Shown in pieces: positions 55,393 through 64,000 of a stretch of DNA of 64,000 bases. Position 1 is the stretch's first letter. Every line of letters begins with the position of its first letter. A program made the position numbers and the translations under genes. The stretch is from positions 126,445 to 190,444 of the IMG/VR virus record IMGVR_UViG_3300009702_000014. One strand, 5' to 3'. This DNA comes from a virus. Lineage: Duplodnaviria; Heunggongvirae; Uroviricota; Caudoviricetes. The notes below the pieces were generated by a model. The model was not told the DNA's origin, did no database searches, and saw only the letters and a list, made by a program, of their open reading frames with translations.

Positions 55393-56838
55393 TTAGACGA
55401 TGTTTTCCTGACCAACGTTAACAATGAGGAAGTTGAACTCAGGAGCGCGGGCGTACATCGAAGACACGTGACGGATAGCAAAGTCACGGTTCAAGGTCTG
55501 CGGTAGAGGAACCTGTTCTAGAGGAATCCACTGTGCAAGCATAGTGGTCATAAGGTCCGTACCAGCGACAAAACCAGTACCCGGCAGTTGGCGATACGTG
55601 AAGGTACCGTAAGCAGACGTTAGGGTCTGAGCGCCGTTGTCGGTAACAGTGACAGGGGACGCAGGGTTGTACACCGGAATCTTACGCAAGAACTTCGGAG
55701 TAGCCCCAGCAGCATCAGCGCGGTTAACAATTAGCCACTTCGTAGCGGCATCAAGACTACCGACAGCGAAGGTAATCTGACCATCCGTAGCTGGGACACC
55801 TGTGGTTGTAACAGCAGCAGTGGCAACAGCGGTGGATTCACCATTGAAGTTAGCGGCCTTTACCTCGTATGTATAGGTGCCCGCAGGTAGACCAATAGCG
55901 GTTCCGTCGTCATAGCTACCGGTAGAAGCAGCGGCAGCAGCAGCAGTTGTAATAGCAGGAGCAGCAGGACGGGCATATTCCCCACCAGTAGCACCAAAGC
56001 CCTGGTCAGAGTACTTGTGCCAATCACCAAGGAAGCGGTCAGTAACCAATTCGGATTCTCCGTAAGCAGAGATGTAGCTCTGAGCATCGGCACCAAGAAC
56101 ACCGGCAGCGCGTTCACCCTGATTGGTACGAGCAATCTGGTAGAAGCTCTGCTGGAGATTGATTTTATCGACGGGGCTCATGAATACAACATTCGGACGG
56201 GCTAGACCCTGAGTTAGATAGACCTTGTTCTCTGCGGCCCATAGAGCAGCAACGGAAAGAGGCTTACCCTTTAGGTCAAGAACGTTCTGCGGAGCACCGC
56301 GCTTAACGATATTCTCGATACCGTCGAACTGTAGGTTCTGCGGGCTAGAGAAGTCAACAGAGCCGAAGGCACGGTTTCCGTGGAATAGCAAGTATTCCGT
56401 TTCTTCCATGACGGCTACCATCTTTTCGTTGCGTGCCGTCTGCTCGGCGGTCTGCACACCAGCGCGAGTCGTTGCAACAGCAAGCTCGGTGATGGTGATG
56501 CGGTGGCCTAGAAGTGTCGGAAGAGTACGACGACGAGCAATATCCACTTCAACAGTACGCGGAACGCCACCGTCTCGGTAAGCTGCGTAACCAATCTTGT
56601 CCTGTCGGCTGGTTACGACATTATACTCGTGTTCGTAGGCAGTTGCCTGGACCTTGTTAAGACGGTCATAGAAAGGAGTTTCAAGGATGTTTAGGCGTTC
56701 TAGTTCGCCTTCCAAGTCCTGACGCTCCAAGGACTGTGCGACCTGGGAAGTACCATCAATTGCCTTGAGCACGTCCAAAGGAAGGTGCTCTAGATAATCT
56801 AGGTGGTCCGGGTAGTTTCGAGAAACGGTGTCGTTCAT
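55393..56838 (-). CDS. Major capsid protein (SPO1/Twort-like)
   Basis: QSLERQDLEGEL, EYLLFHGN, LQFDGI, beta-sandwich insertion GTYTYEVKAANFNGES, RAPEF. Confidence 0.92.
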   Translation of the reverse strand: MNDTVSRNYPDHLDYLEHLPLDVLKAIDGTSQVAQSLERQDLEGELERLNILETPFYDRLNKVQATAYEHEYNVVTSRQDKIGYAAYRDGGVPRTVEVDIARRRTLPTLLGHRITITELAVATTRAGVQTAEQTARNEKMVAVMEETEYLLFHGNRAFGSVDFSSPQNLQFDGIENIVKRGAPQNVLDLKGKPLSVAALWAAENKVYLTQGLARPNVVFMSPVDKINLQQSFYQIARTNQGERAAGVLGADAQSYISAYGESELVTDRFLGDWHKYSDQGFGATGGEYARPAAPAITTAAAAAASTGSYDDGTAIGLPAGTYTYEVKAANFNGESTAVATAAVTTTGVPATDGQITFAVGSLDAATKWLIVNRADAAGATPKFLRKIPVYNPASPVTVTDNGAQTLTSAYGTFTYRQLPGTGFVAGTDLMTTMLAQWIPLEQVPLPQTLNRDFAIRHVSSMYARAPEFNFLIVNVGQENIV

Positions 56839-56869
56839 AATATTACATATCCTCCTGTAGATAACCTAA

Positions 56870-58738
56870 TTATAATTTACCTCTGTCAGCCATTTTTACG
56901 TAATGGTTGAAAGCTTGGGGTTGAATGTCGAGTTCTTGCTGTGCTTGCTCTACAATCCTCGCACGCTTCTGAGAGTGAGAAGCTGTATGGCCTCGGATAT
57001 CTCGATATGCAGCAACATAAGATTTTAGTGTATCAACTTGCTCGGCGCTGAAAAATGAATTATCGTCGTCGTCGGAAAGTCCAACAGACTTACGAACTAG
57101 ATTAGGCACCTGTTCTTCTGGGTCCCCGTCTACTGCTGCGCCCGGATGGACAATAGCAGCTTCGGAGCGATAATTAGCAGAAGCAGAAGTGCTCTTAACT
57201 ACAGTAGTCTCACTGTATAGTTTTTCTACGACTTTTTCAACAATTCTGTCTTCAAAGCCGTCGAAAATAGACTTGATAGCCTCACCGAATTGAACGGTGG
57301 ACTCTTCGGAAAGAGTAACCACTGTGTCATTGTTAGAAATGGTTTCGGTAATAATACTCTTGAGCGCATCCATGTCGATACTCTTCGTGGCAGCGACATT
57401 TGGAGCTTCCTGAGTAACTTGGTCGGCCACTGGAGGTTCTTCCCCACCGGAAATATGTAGAGCATCAGCAATTGTCTGGAAGAGGTCAAGCATAGTATCT
57501 AGCTTGTCAAGAATCATTTCCTGAGCAGCATCTTCGCCGCCTTCTCCACCATCACCTTCCTCGTCTCCAACTAGTGTGTCAAGGACACCCCCGGCACCTT
57601 CGTCGGCACCCTCATCTGGTGTTGCACTTTCGGTTGGAGCAGGCGCATCGGCTAGTGCCGCACCCTCGTCGCCACCTTCATCCGGGGGCGTTACGTCTGC
57701 TTCCTCAGGCAAATGCTTATCCTGGGGGACTCCAGCGTTTTCGGTTTCTGGAGCTACGCCATCTGGTGCTGGCATATTTCCTGCCGTATTATCCTTTTGG
57801 TCGGTGCCCTCTGCGGCAAGCTCGGCACCTTGGTCGGCAACTTCTTGGCTCAAACCCGGTTTCGGGTTCTTTTTGTTGTTGTCGGCCTTGGCATCGTTCT
57901 GGATAGGAGAAGCCTTCTTGCCCTTATCCTGCTCGCCTGGGGCAGCCTTTAAGGTAACATTCTTATCTGCCATAGCGTTTTTTATATCCTCCTTCAAATC
58001 AACATATGATTCAAATACGTGTGTAATTCCATCGCCACCTTGTACCGTAGACTTAATTACAAGACGATTCCTTTCTGCATCGTAGACTGTTTCATCAGGT
58101 ACAATTGTATGGAACTGAATTTCAGCTTCGTCTTGCGCATCTGCATCCATCATGCTCTTGAGAACAGCAGCCCACGTCTTTGTATTAGGATTTACCGGCT
58201 CCGGGGTCATGGAAACTTCGTAGAGGAGCAAGTCAGGAAGATAGGTAACATACTGTCCTTTCTTTACATCATATTCTCTGCGAGGCTGGCCAAGATATTT
58301 AGCTCCGATAGAAAGACCAATCTGAGATTTAAATTCTTCATCGGAGTTTTGTAGGAATTCATCCCACATTTTACGAGCCATCGGATGCTTCTTATTAAGC
58401 ATGGCCTTAATATAAAGACCCTCTGGCCTAATCTCTGCATCCAAGGGCTTACCAAGTGGTGTTTTCAAACTCAGAATTTCGTCTTTGCTAAAACCAAATT
58501 GCTGTAGCCAATTCGCATTTTCCTTGGCATAGTCGTGGTCAAAGAAAATCTTCCCGTTTGACTTAAAGAATTCGATAGAATTATGGAAACTTTCTGGATA
58601 GACAACTTCCCCGAATAAATCAACGTCGGCGGTAGATGCAATCCCCTCAAAAACCCAAGGGGCATCCTCTCCACCAAAGCCATCAACAGACTTTACAACG
58701 TCAATGGGCATAAATACATTGAAAGTATCTTTTTGCAT
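56870..58738 (-). CDS. Prohead protease fused to scaffold
   Basis: FEGIAST...DLFGE, FFDH, GLSIG, EVSMTPEPVNP; acidic low-complexity middle. Confidence 0.9.
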   Translation of the reverse strand: MQKDTFNVFMPIDVVKSVDGFGGEDAPWVFEGIASTADVDLFGEVVYPESFHNSIEFFKSNGKIFFDHDYAKENANWLQQFGFSKDEILSLKTPLGKPLDAEIRPEGLYIKAMLNKKHPMARKMWDEFLQNSDEEFKSQIGLSIGAKYLGQPRREYDVKKGQYVTYLPDLLLYEVSMTPEPVNPNTKTWAAVLKSMMDADAQDEAEIQFHTIVPDETVYDAERNRLVIKSTVQGGDGITHVFESYVDLKEDIKNAMADKNVTLKAAPGEQDKGKKASPIQNDAKADNNKKNPKPGLSQEVADQGAELAAEGTDQKDNTAGNMPAPDGVAPETENAGVPQDKHLPEEADVTPPDEGGDEGAALADAPAPTESATPDEGADEGAGGVLDTLVGDEEGDGGEGGEDAAQEMILDKLDTMLDLFQTIADALHISGGEEPPVADQVTQEAPNVAATKSIDMDALKSIITETISNNDTVVTLSEESTVQFGEAIKSIFDGFEDRIVEKVVEKLYSETTVVKSTSASANYRSEAAIVHPGAAVDGDPEEQVPNLVRKSVGLSDDDDNSFFSAEQVDTLKSYVAAYRDIRGHTASHSQKRARIVEQAQQELDIQPQAFNHYVKMADRGKL

Positions 58739-58815
58739 AATTCACCAATATATTAACATGAGAAAAAGGAACAAATCAATACGATATGTGCCTTTTTGTC
58801 TGTAATAATGTACTC

Positions 58816-58845
58816 ATTCTACACCATATTAAATGAAAAACTCAA
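58816..58845 (-). promoter_or_regulatory. sigma70-type promoter
   Basis: TTGAGT-N18-TAGAAT. Confidence 0.5.
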
Positions 58846-58853
58846 CTCAGAGG

Positions 58854-61800
58854 CTAAAACTTCAAGCTCTGTATGAAATTACGAGTGGACTTTTTGGTCT
58901 GTTCTTTGTAATAATCCTGGGTAGAGGACCATTTATTGTACATTTCATTTGGTAGGTAGACTTTATAATTATTACCTTGCTTAGTCCAGTAGACTTTTGA
59001 AGGGTCCTCCTTGGAGAGAAGGTCTTCCAACTCTTCACGGCTAAAAGGTCCACGGAAATAGTCGGCATCTCCTACTACATCATTAGAAGGTTTTTTATTC
59101 TCATCCACTGAGGTTGTTTCCATAGCCTCGCCAATAGTCGGTTTCTCTTCATTTTGTGGGGGAGCTTTCGCTTCTACAGGAGCCTCTTTCTCGTTGGGTT
59201 GTGTTTCTTCTGCATTAGGAAAGAATTGGGTAATGGGGCTTATTTTTCCAACCTCGTCAGTTACAGGTTTAAAGGCCCCTTCCCCCTTCTTCTTACGCTC
59301 CCAAGAGACAACTTTCGCTTGACCATCCGGGAGCGCTTCAATGGTTACACGCTGAGTATTACCAAAGCCACTCTGACGTTCAATGGTACGCTGCTCTCCG
59401 ACCTTTGGAAGAGTTACTTTTTCTTTTTTGGGCGCTTCTTTTTCTTGAGGCCGCTCTTGTTCTGGCTGCTCTTTGGCTGCTTCTTTTGTGGGTAATTTGA
59501 CATTTTCATGTTCCTTTGAAGGAGTGGGTTTGCTCATAAACTGGCTTCCGGGTTTAACATTGAACAGGCTTGGTTTTTCCTCTTCTTTTGGCTGAGGAGG
59601 ATTTACCAATGCATCCATCTGAGACTGCAATTCCTTCTTACGCTTACTCCAGGCAAAGCCAAGACTCATCGTCCTATTACGCCCAGCTTGTTGATGGCCA
59701 GGCTGTTTATATAATGCACGCGCCTGTTTAATAGCCTTCTTATAATAGGCTTCGTCCTTTGCATAGGTGTCCTTCAAGTCTTTATACTTCTGCTTGTCCT
59801 CCTCTGACAGGTGGGACAAGTCCGGCCCTTCCTGAATGGATTCTTCTTTAGCCTCAGATGCTACAGGGGTATTCCGAGTATCAGATTCAGATACTTCTGG
59901 TTTATTTTCAGGTACTTTTGGTTCATTTGTGACCCCGAGTTTGGATAAAACACTTTCCGGGCTAACATCGGTATCAAATGTTAGATTACCACGTGCGTCC
60001 CTATGCCCGACCATAAGCGCCTTTTTCTTTGGATTGTAAAGAAAATCTACGCTGGAGTCACCACGGCTTAGGCGGAAAACCTTGCCCGGCATTTTTGTGC
60101 TAACTTCAATACCATGTTGAGCAATAGTCTTTGTCAAGTCTGTGACAGCCTGCTGTTCGTTTGGAGACAAAGGAGCGTTGAATTGGAATGCCGGAATGAC
60201 AGCCTCCTCATCAAGGGCTTGCTGTACATTCTCGGGAATTTGGGGCTCGCGCTTTTTGTAATTATCAATCAATTGTTTTGCGACTCCGAATACGTAGTTT
60301 TTGTATTGCTCTCTTGCTGCTTCGTCGCCTTCTTGTGGCTGTAGCTGGATGCTACCCGCATTAGCTCCCGTAGGGCTTTTAATTCTCCAGCGATTTCCCT
60401 CTGGTGTAATGACAAACCCATCATCAGATATAATTTTGCCTGAGCTAACATGGAAACCCGGATAGATGGATGATGCTCGTTCTTCGGGTGAGACTTCTTC
60501 CTCTTCTTCAATTTGGGGTAATTCATCAAACTCATCTGCTTTTTTGGTAGGCTGAGCAGGAGCGCCCTGATGAGGAATTCTTAGAGCCTGATTTGTATAC
60601 GTTGCTGCATTGCGGGCCTCTTCATCAGTGAGGGTATTAATCAAATCAGGGCCATCACCTTTCGCTAATCCTGCGTTGAGAGATGCATTCGCCCATTTTT
60701 TCATGTAGGAATCCATACTCGGTTTTTTATCACTCTTACGCAGCAATATAGTACCGTCAATGCGTCCAAGACGTTGTGCGATTTCTTTTAAAGCTTGAAT
60801 CTTTTCTCGTGTTGAACCGCTTTCTGCCGCTCTTGTGGCAGTTCGCAAGACTTCTTCTACCTCTCGGGCCATATCAACATCTTGATTGTAATGATAGTAT
60901 CGTTCATAAGCAAGACGATATTCTAGTCTGTGCAGGGCATGAAGTCCCGTTTTGGGGTCCGTGAGTTCTACAGTAGCTCCTACCTTATCCCCATCAGAGA
61001 TACCATCAAAGATTCTAGCAGCAGCGTGCAAAAAGACCCTGTGTGTAGCGTTTAACTTTGCCCCACGGAAATTATCAAAGACATTCATCAAAGCTCCAGC
61101 CTCGGCTGGGGTAAAATGCTCTGGTAATTCTCTAGGGAGTGTTTCTGGAGAGCCTTCAAAAACATTAGGCTCGATACGAGTAAACTTAGCTTTTTCCTCA
61201 GGGTTGAAATCATCGTACATTCTACGATAAATCTGATTAAAATGGTCTCGTAGGGCCGAGGCACCTGGGCTATTCGACTTTAAATTATCCTCCAAATTTT
61301 CAAGGCCCGGATACAGATTGGCAAGAATCGAATATTCATTCTTTGCTTCGGAGGCATATGGCTTATAGCGGGATTCATAATGCTCACGCATCCCACTCCC
61401 CGACTCCAACTCTTCACGAACCAAATCATCAAGGTTGATTTGAGCAGGAGTAACGCCCTCCTTAGCCATTTCCATAGCCTTAACCAAAGCCAAGTCGAAT
61501 GCTTTGAGTGTGTACCAAAGCATTTCGTCTGGTTTTGCCCCGGCGGATTTAATTAGTTGATTAACATAACTCTCGATATAAGAGCCCCATCCCTTATCCG
61601 GGAGGGCACCGCGTTTCTGGACTTCTCCCTTATGCTGTTCATAGAGAGCTTTCCCCTGCTTATGTATTTTTTCAGGAGTAGTCTTTTGTTCCTGAGCTTG
61701 CTTTTGCAACGCCTGCTGGTAATATTGCTGTACCATCCCTGTGTACTGTTGACGCTGCTTTTCGAATGCCTTCTCATACTGCTTTTGTAGCGCAGGGCCA

Positions 61801-62063
61801 CCCACTTCGGCGGCTCTGGAAAGAACGTCTAACTCTTTCTCTAAGCTGCGTAGTGTCTTCTGGTCAGCAGGGTCTAGAGGGACTCCTTGCTTTTGTAGCC
61901 ACTCGGCGTATCCTTCGGCATCTGTGTGGATAGGAACGACCTTGCCGTGGATATTACGAAAGATAATATGCTTACCTTCATCATCCACATACATCTGGTC
62001 GCCAGCCGAAACTGCCTTAAATGTAAAATTAGGTATCAGGTTGCGAAACATCAAAAGCCTCAA
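58854..62063 (-). CDS. Large unknown protein, probable internal head/ejection protein
   Basis: 1069 aa, helical N-terminal half, E/K/P-rich C-terminal half. Likely start is ATG at 62051. Confidence 0.6.
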   Translation of the reverse strand: MRLLMFRNLIPNFTFKAVSAGDQMYVDDEGKHIIFRNIHGKVVPIHTDAEGYAEWLQKQGVPLDPADQKTLRSLEKELDVLSRAAEVGGPALQKQYEKAFEKQRQQYTGMVQQYYQQALQKQAQEQKTTPEKIHKQGKALYEQHKGEVQKRGALPDKGWGSYIESYVNQLIKSAGAKPDEMLWYTLKAFDLALVKAMEMAKEGVTPAQINLDDLVREELESGSGMREHYESRYKPYASEAKNEYSILANLYPGLENLEDNLKSNSPGASALRDHFNQIYRRMYDDFNPEEKAKFTRIEPNVFEGSPETLPRELPEHFTPAEAGALMNVFDNFRGAKLNATHRVFLHAAARIFDGISDGDKVGATVELTDPKTGLHALHRLEYRLAYERYYHYNQDVDMAREVEEVLRTATRAAESGSTREKIQALKEIAQRLGRIDGTILLRKSDKKPSMDSYMKKWANASLNAGLAKGDGPDLINTLTDEEARNAATYTNQALRIPHQGAPAQPTKKADEFDELPQIEEEEEVSPEERASSIYPGFHVSSGKIISDDGFVITPEGNRWRIKSPTGANAGSIQLQPQEGDEAAREQYKNYVFGVAKQLIDNYKKREPQIPENVQQALDEEAVIPAFQFNAPLSPNEQQAVTDLTKTIAQHGIEVSTKMPGKVFRLSRGDSSVDFLYNPKKKALMVGHRDARGNLTFDTDVSPESVLSKLGVTNEPKVPENKPEVSESDTRNTPVASEAKEESIQEGPDLSHLSEEDKQKYKDLKDTYAKDEAYYKKAIKQARALYKQPGHQQAGRNRTMSLGFAWSKRKKELQSQMDALVNPPQPKEEEKPSLFNVKPGSQFMSKPTPSKEHENVKLPTKEAAKEQPEQERPQEKEAPKKEKVTLPKVGEQRTIERQSGFGNTQRVTIEALPDGQAKVVSWERKKKGEGAFKPVTDEVGKISPITQFFPNAEETQPNEKEAPVEAKAPPQNEEKPTIGEAMETTSVDENKKPSNDVVGDADYFRGPFSREELEDLLSKEDPSKVYWTKQGNNYKVYLPNEMYNKWSSTQDYYKEQTKKSTRNFIQSLKF

Positions 62064-62322
62064 GCTGTTGCATAGGGTACTTGAAATGGTAGGCCGCTAA
62101 TTTAAGATTAGTTAGGCGCTCAGCAATCTCTTGCTCATCCATGTTCATAAAATCAGATTGCAAAAGATACAGGGATTGCAGGAAGTTGAAATATTTCTCA
62201 AATTCCTCATCTTTAGGGTCATTCGTTGCACTCGGCATGTGAATTAGAGCAGTGGGGGTATCCTGCTGAGAATACATGTTCGTCAACAATGCAATAATTT
62301 GCTTGCGCTCACCATCAGACAT
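62029..62322 (-). CDS. Hypothetical protein
   Basis: Coupled to both neighbours. Confidence 0.55.
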   Translation of the reverse strand: MSDGERKQIIALLTNMYSQQDTPTALIHMPSATNDPKDEEFEKYFNFLQSLYLLQSDFMNMDEQEIAERLTNLKLAAYHFKYPMQQLEAFDVSQPDT

Positions 62323-64000
62323 TATTGTTCACCTGACTCTCGGGAGAGAATACGAGGACGATATTGCATCAGCTTGTCTATAAAAGACGTGAGTGTCCCC
62401 ACATTCTTTAATTCAATTTCATCAGCTTCGTCGTCGGCGTCAATAAGAGCTTGCGTAGCCTCTTTAGCCATTTCTGACTTGCGCTGCTCCAACTCTCTCA
62501 TATATTGTACTATACCATCCGGGACAACAACAGTTGAGACATTGTGCTGTTCCGCTTTACGGTGGAAACGTCCTTGATACTGGCCTGCTTTAGCAGAGTT
62601 CCATGTGGGGAATCGGAAACTTCTTTCAGCGGGCAAAGACAACCCATATAGACCGGCACCGGTGACGAGGGAGATAACAAATCTATCCTTTTCTCTCTGG
62701 TGCGCAGTTTGCTGTTGATTAACCGACTCAGGAGGGGTATCTCCGTCAATAATATTGATGAGTACCTTGTCCTCGGAGTAGCGCTCTTTCAACTTTCGAT
62801 AGAGAATATTAATGGCGCGCTTAGAAAAACCAGCAGTGCCCATCTTGAGAGGTGGTTTTCCGGCCCCCTGATGATTCTTCATGGCATCATCAAGGCCGTC
62901 CATAATTACATCGAGAATTGGTGCATCCCACGAAGCCAATACCGCATCCATAGCATCTCGACTGGTTTCCGAGAAAATCTGGCGGAACATCTTGTTACGG
63001 TCTATGACATTTGTATCTTCTTTTGGCAAACGCCCAATTCCGAGACTGTTCTTTACGCTAGTGGCCTGGGATAGATACTCTTGCATTTCTCTCTTAAAAG
63101 CCATAGCATCTCCGGCAGGAAGCTGTTTCATGACACCAGACACTAATAGGTCTGTACCTAAGTCATATTCTAGCAGTCGAGCCGGAGAGGTTGCTCCGAA
63201 GGAAGCATTAATCAAAATAGAAGCCAGACCAAGTGCTCTATTCATCTTACCTAAATCAGAGCTTTGACGTAACTTCCTTTCAGCCTGGGAGTATACTGTT
63301 CCCCAGTTCTTACCCAAAGGGGCACCAGCATCATCTGTTTGAACAAAACCAAAGTTGTCTCCAGCAACAGTCTTACCACTGAGCGGGTAAATAACGCTAC
63401 CAAACACATTCATGAAGTCTCTTAGACGGTTATAGTCCTTCCAGATACGACGGCCCATTCTCTTACTTTCTCGGCCCCCGCCTCTGTCGGTCATTGTATA
63501 CTCCTGAGCTAACGTCATATAATTCTCACGCGCAAAAGCATTCACGAAAGAGATTTCAGAAAGCGTATCAGTAGCCGAGTTACCGGAAATATTCCCATTC
63601 AATGTCCAAACAAGGCCACGGGTATTATATACGGAGTCAATAATTTCTTTCAATGCGTGGTGACGGGCGGCATCGTAATTAACATACTGCCCAGATTCGT
63701 CAACAGCTAATACTCCGATATGGTTTCCCTTGACTTCTCTTTCCCCGCTACGTCCACCTTGGGCTAATAGTTTCATGTATTGAGCGTCTACATCCAACTC
63801 CCAAGCATCTTCTTCGTCTGTGTCCCGACCATCATCAGCCCGAGTAAAACGGAACTTAGAACTACCTACAATTACCATACTGGGCAATTCATTGTCTTGC
63901 GCCTTTTTAAGCAAATCTTCCCACTGCTCAATACGAGTAGACCTGTCTCCGTCAATTACAACAGCATATTCGCCAAGGAATTTACCGACTTCGTTCTGCC
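62322..64000 (-). CDS. Large unknown protein, 5'-truncated by the window edge
   Basis: The frame stays open from 63914 to 64000, so the track's TTG start is internal. Confidence 0.7.
   Translation of the reverse strand, partial: QNEVGKFLGEYAVVIDGDRSTRIEQWEDLLKKAQDNELPSMVIVGSSKFRFTRADDGRDTDEEDAWELDVDAQYMKLLAQGGRSGEREVKGNHIGVLAVDESGQYVNYDAARHHALKEIIDSVYNTRGLVWTLNGNISGNSATDTLSEISFVNAFARENYMTLAQEYTMTDRGGGRESKRMGRRIWKDYNRLRDFMNVFGSVIYPLSGKTVAGDNFGFVQTDDAGAPLGKNWGTVYSQAERKLRQSSDLGKMNRALGLASILINASFGATSPARLLEYDLGTDLLVSGVMKQLPAGDAMAFKREMQEYLSQATSVKNSLGIGRLPKEDTNVIDRNKMFRQIFSETSRDAMDAVLASWDAPILDVIMDGLDDAMKNHQGAGKPPLKMGTAGFSKRAINILYRKLKERYSEDKVLINIIDGDTPPESVNQQQTAHQREKDRFVISLVTGAGLYGLSLPAERSFRFPTWNSAKAGQYQGRFHRKAEQHNVSTVVVPDGIVQYMRELEQRKSEMAKEATQALIDADDEADEIELKNVGTLTSFIDKLMQYRPRILSRESGEQ

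Larger units (their letters stand above)
1..64000. mobile_element. Segment of a large contractile-tailed phage (myovirus) genome
   Basis: Contiguous replication, nucleotide-metabolism, lysis, baseplate, sheath/tube, tape-measure, capsid and protease genes. No host housekeeping operons. Confidence 0.97.

Noticed and set aside
56839-56862. ATG-TAA mini-ORF between the capsid SD and start
   Set aside because: The ATG is only 2 nt from the SD, too close for efficient initiation; probably incidental.
937-62577. Numerous short antisense or out-of-frame ORFs in the track (e.g. 2952-3452, 9599-9967, 53247-53681, 57576-58085)
   Set aside because: They lie fully within well-supported genes, lack SD or promoter context and have shadow-ORF composition.
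1-64000. CRISPR array, tRNA or rRNA genes
   Set aside because: Intergenic gaps are all under ~140 bp; no regularly spaced repeats or cloverleaf elements were seen.
1-64000. Alternative genetic code (stop reassignment)
   Set aside because: Long genes are intact under code 11 and TAA, TAG and TGA all end genes; splits are local and frame-shifting.

Overview
The window is a 64-kb segment of a large myovirus genome (about 41-42% GC by eye). It has three transcription blocks. (1) Minus strand, 1-6864: ribonucleotide reductase with an intein, thioredoxin, a free-standing LAGLIDADG endonuclease, RecA, a Rad52-like annealase, DnaB and a lambda-O-like initiator with a truncated paralogue. (2) Plus strand, 6894-19758: RuvC-like resolvase, UvsY-like protein, ThyX, beta-clamp, two-OB SSB, dNMP kinase, dUTPase, DnaG, a Cas4/AddB-like nuclease, a GroES-like protein and an RNase H-like protein. 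(3) Minus strand, 19768-64000: lysis genes, baseplate, tail, neck, an SPO1/Twort-type major capsid protein, protease/scaffold and very large unknown head-linked proteins. Genes are driven by host sigma70-type promoters, several of them apparently leaderless. The two-OB SSB and the leaderless promoters suggest a Deinococcota host, which is an inference. The most notable items are: three paralogous Hef-like proteins inserted in the virion module (variable Zn-binding repeat array + Vsr/PD-(D/E)xK nuclease + Mom-like GNAT domain), one of them split at a G-GGA-AAA slippery site; near-total GATC avoidance; a dUTPase with a large insertion; a GroES-like protein without a mobile loop; a shared upstream box on two promoters; and a clear tail-chaperone -1 frameshift. 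All family calls come from motif recognition by eye, with no database searches. No tRNA, rRNA or CRISPR array was found.
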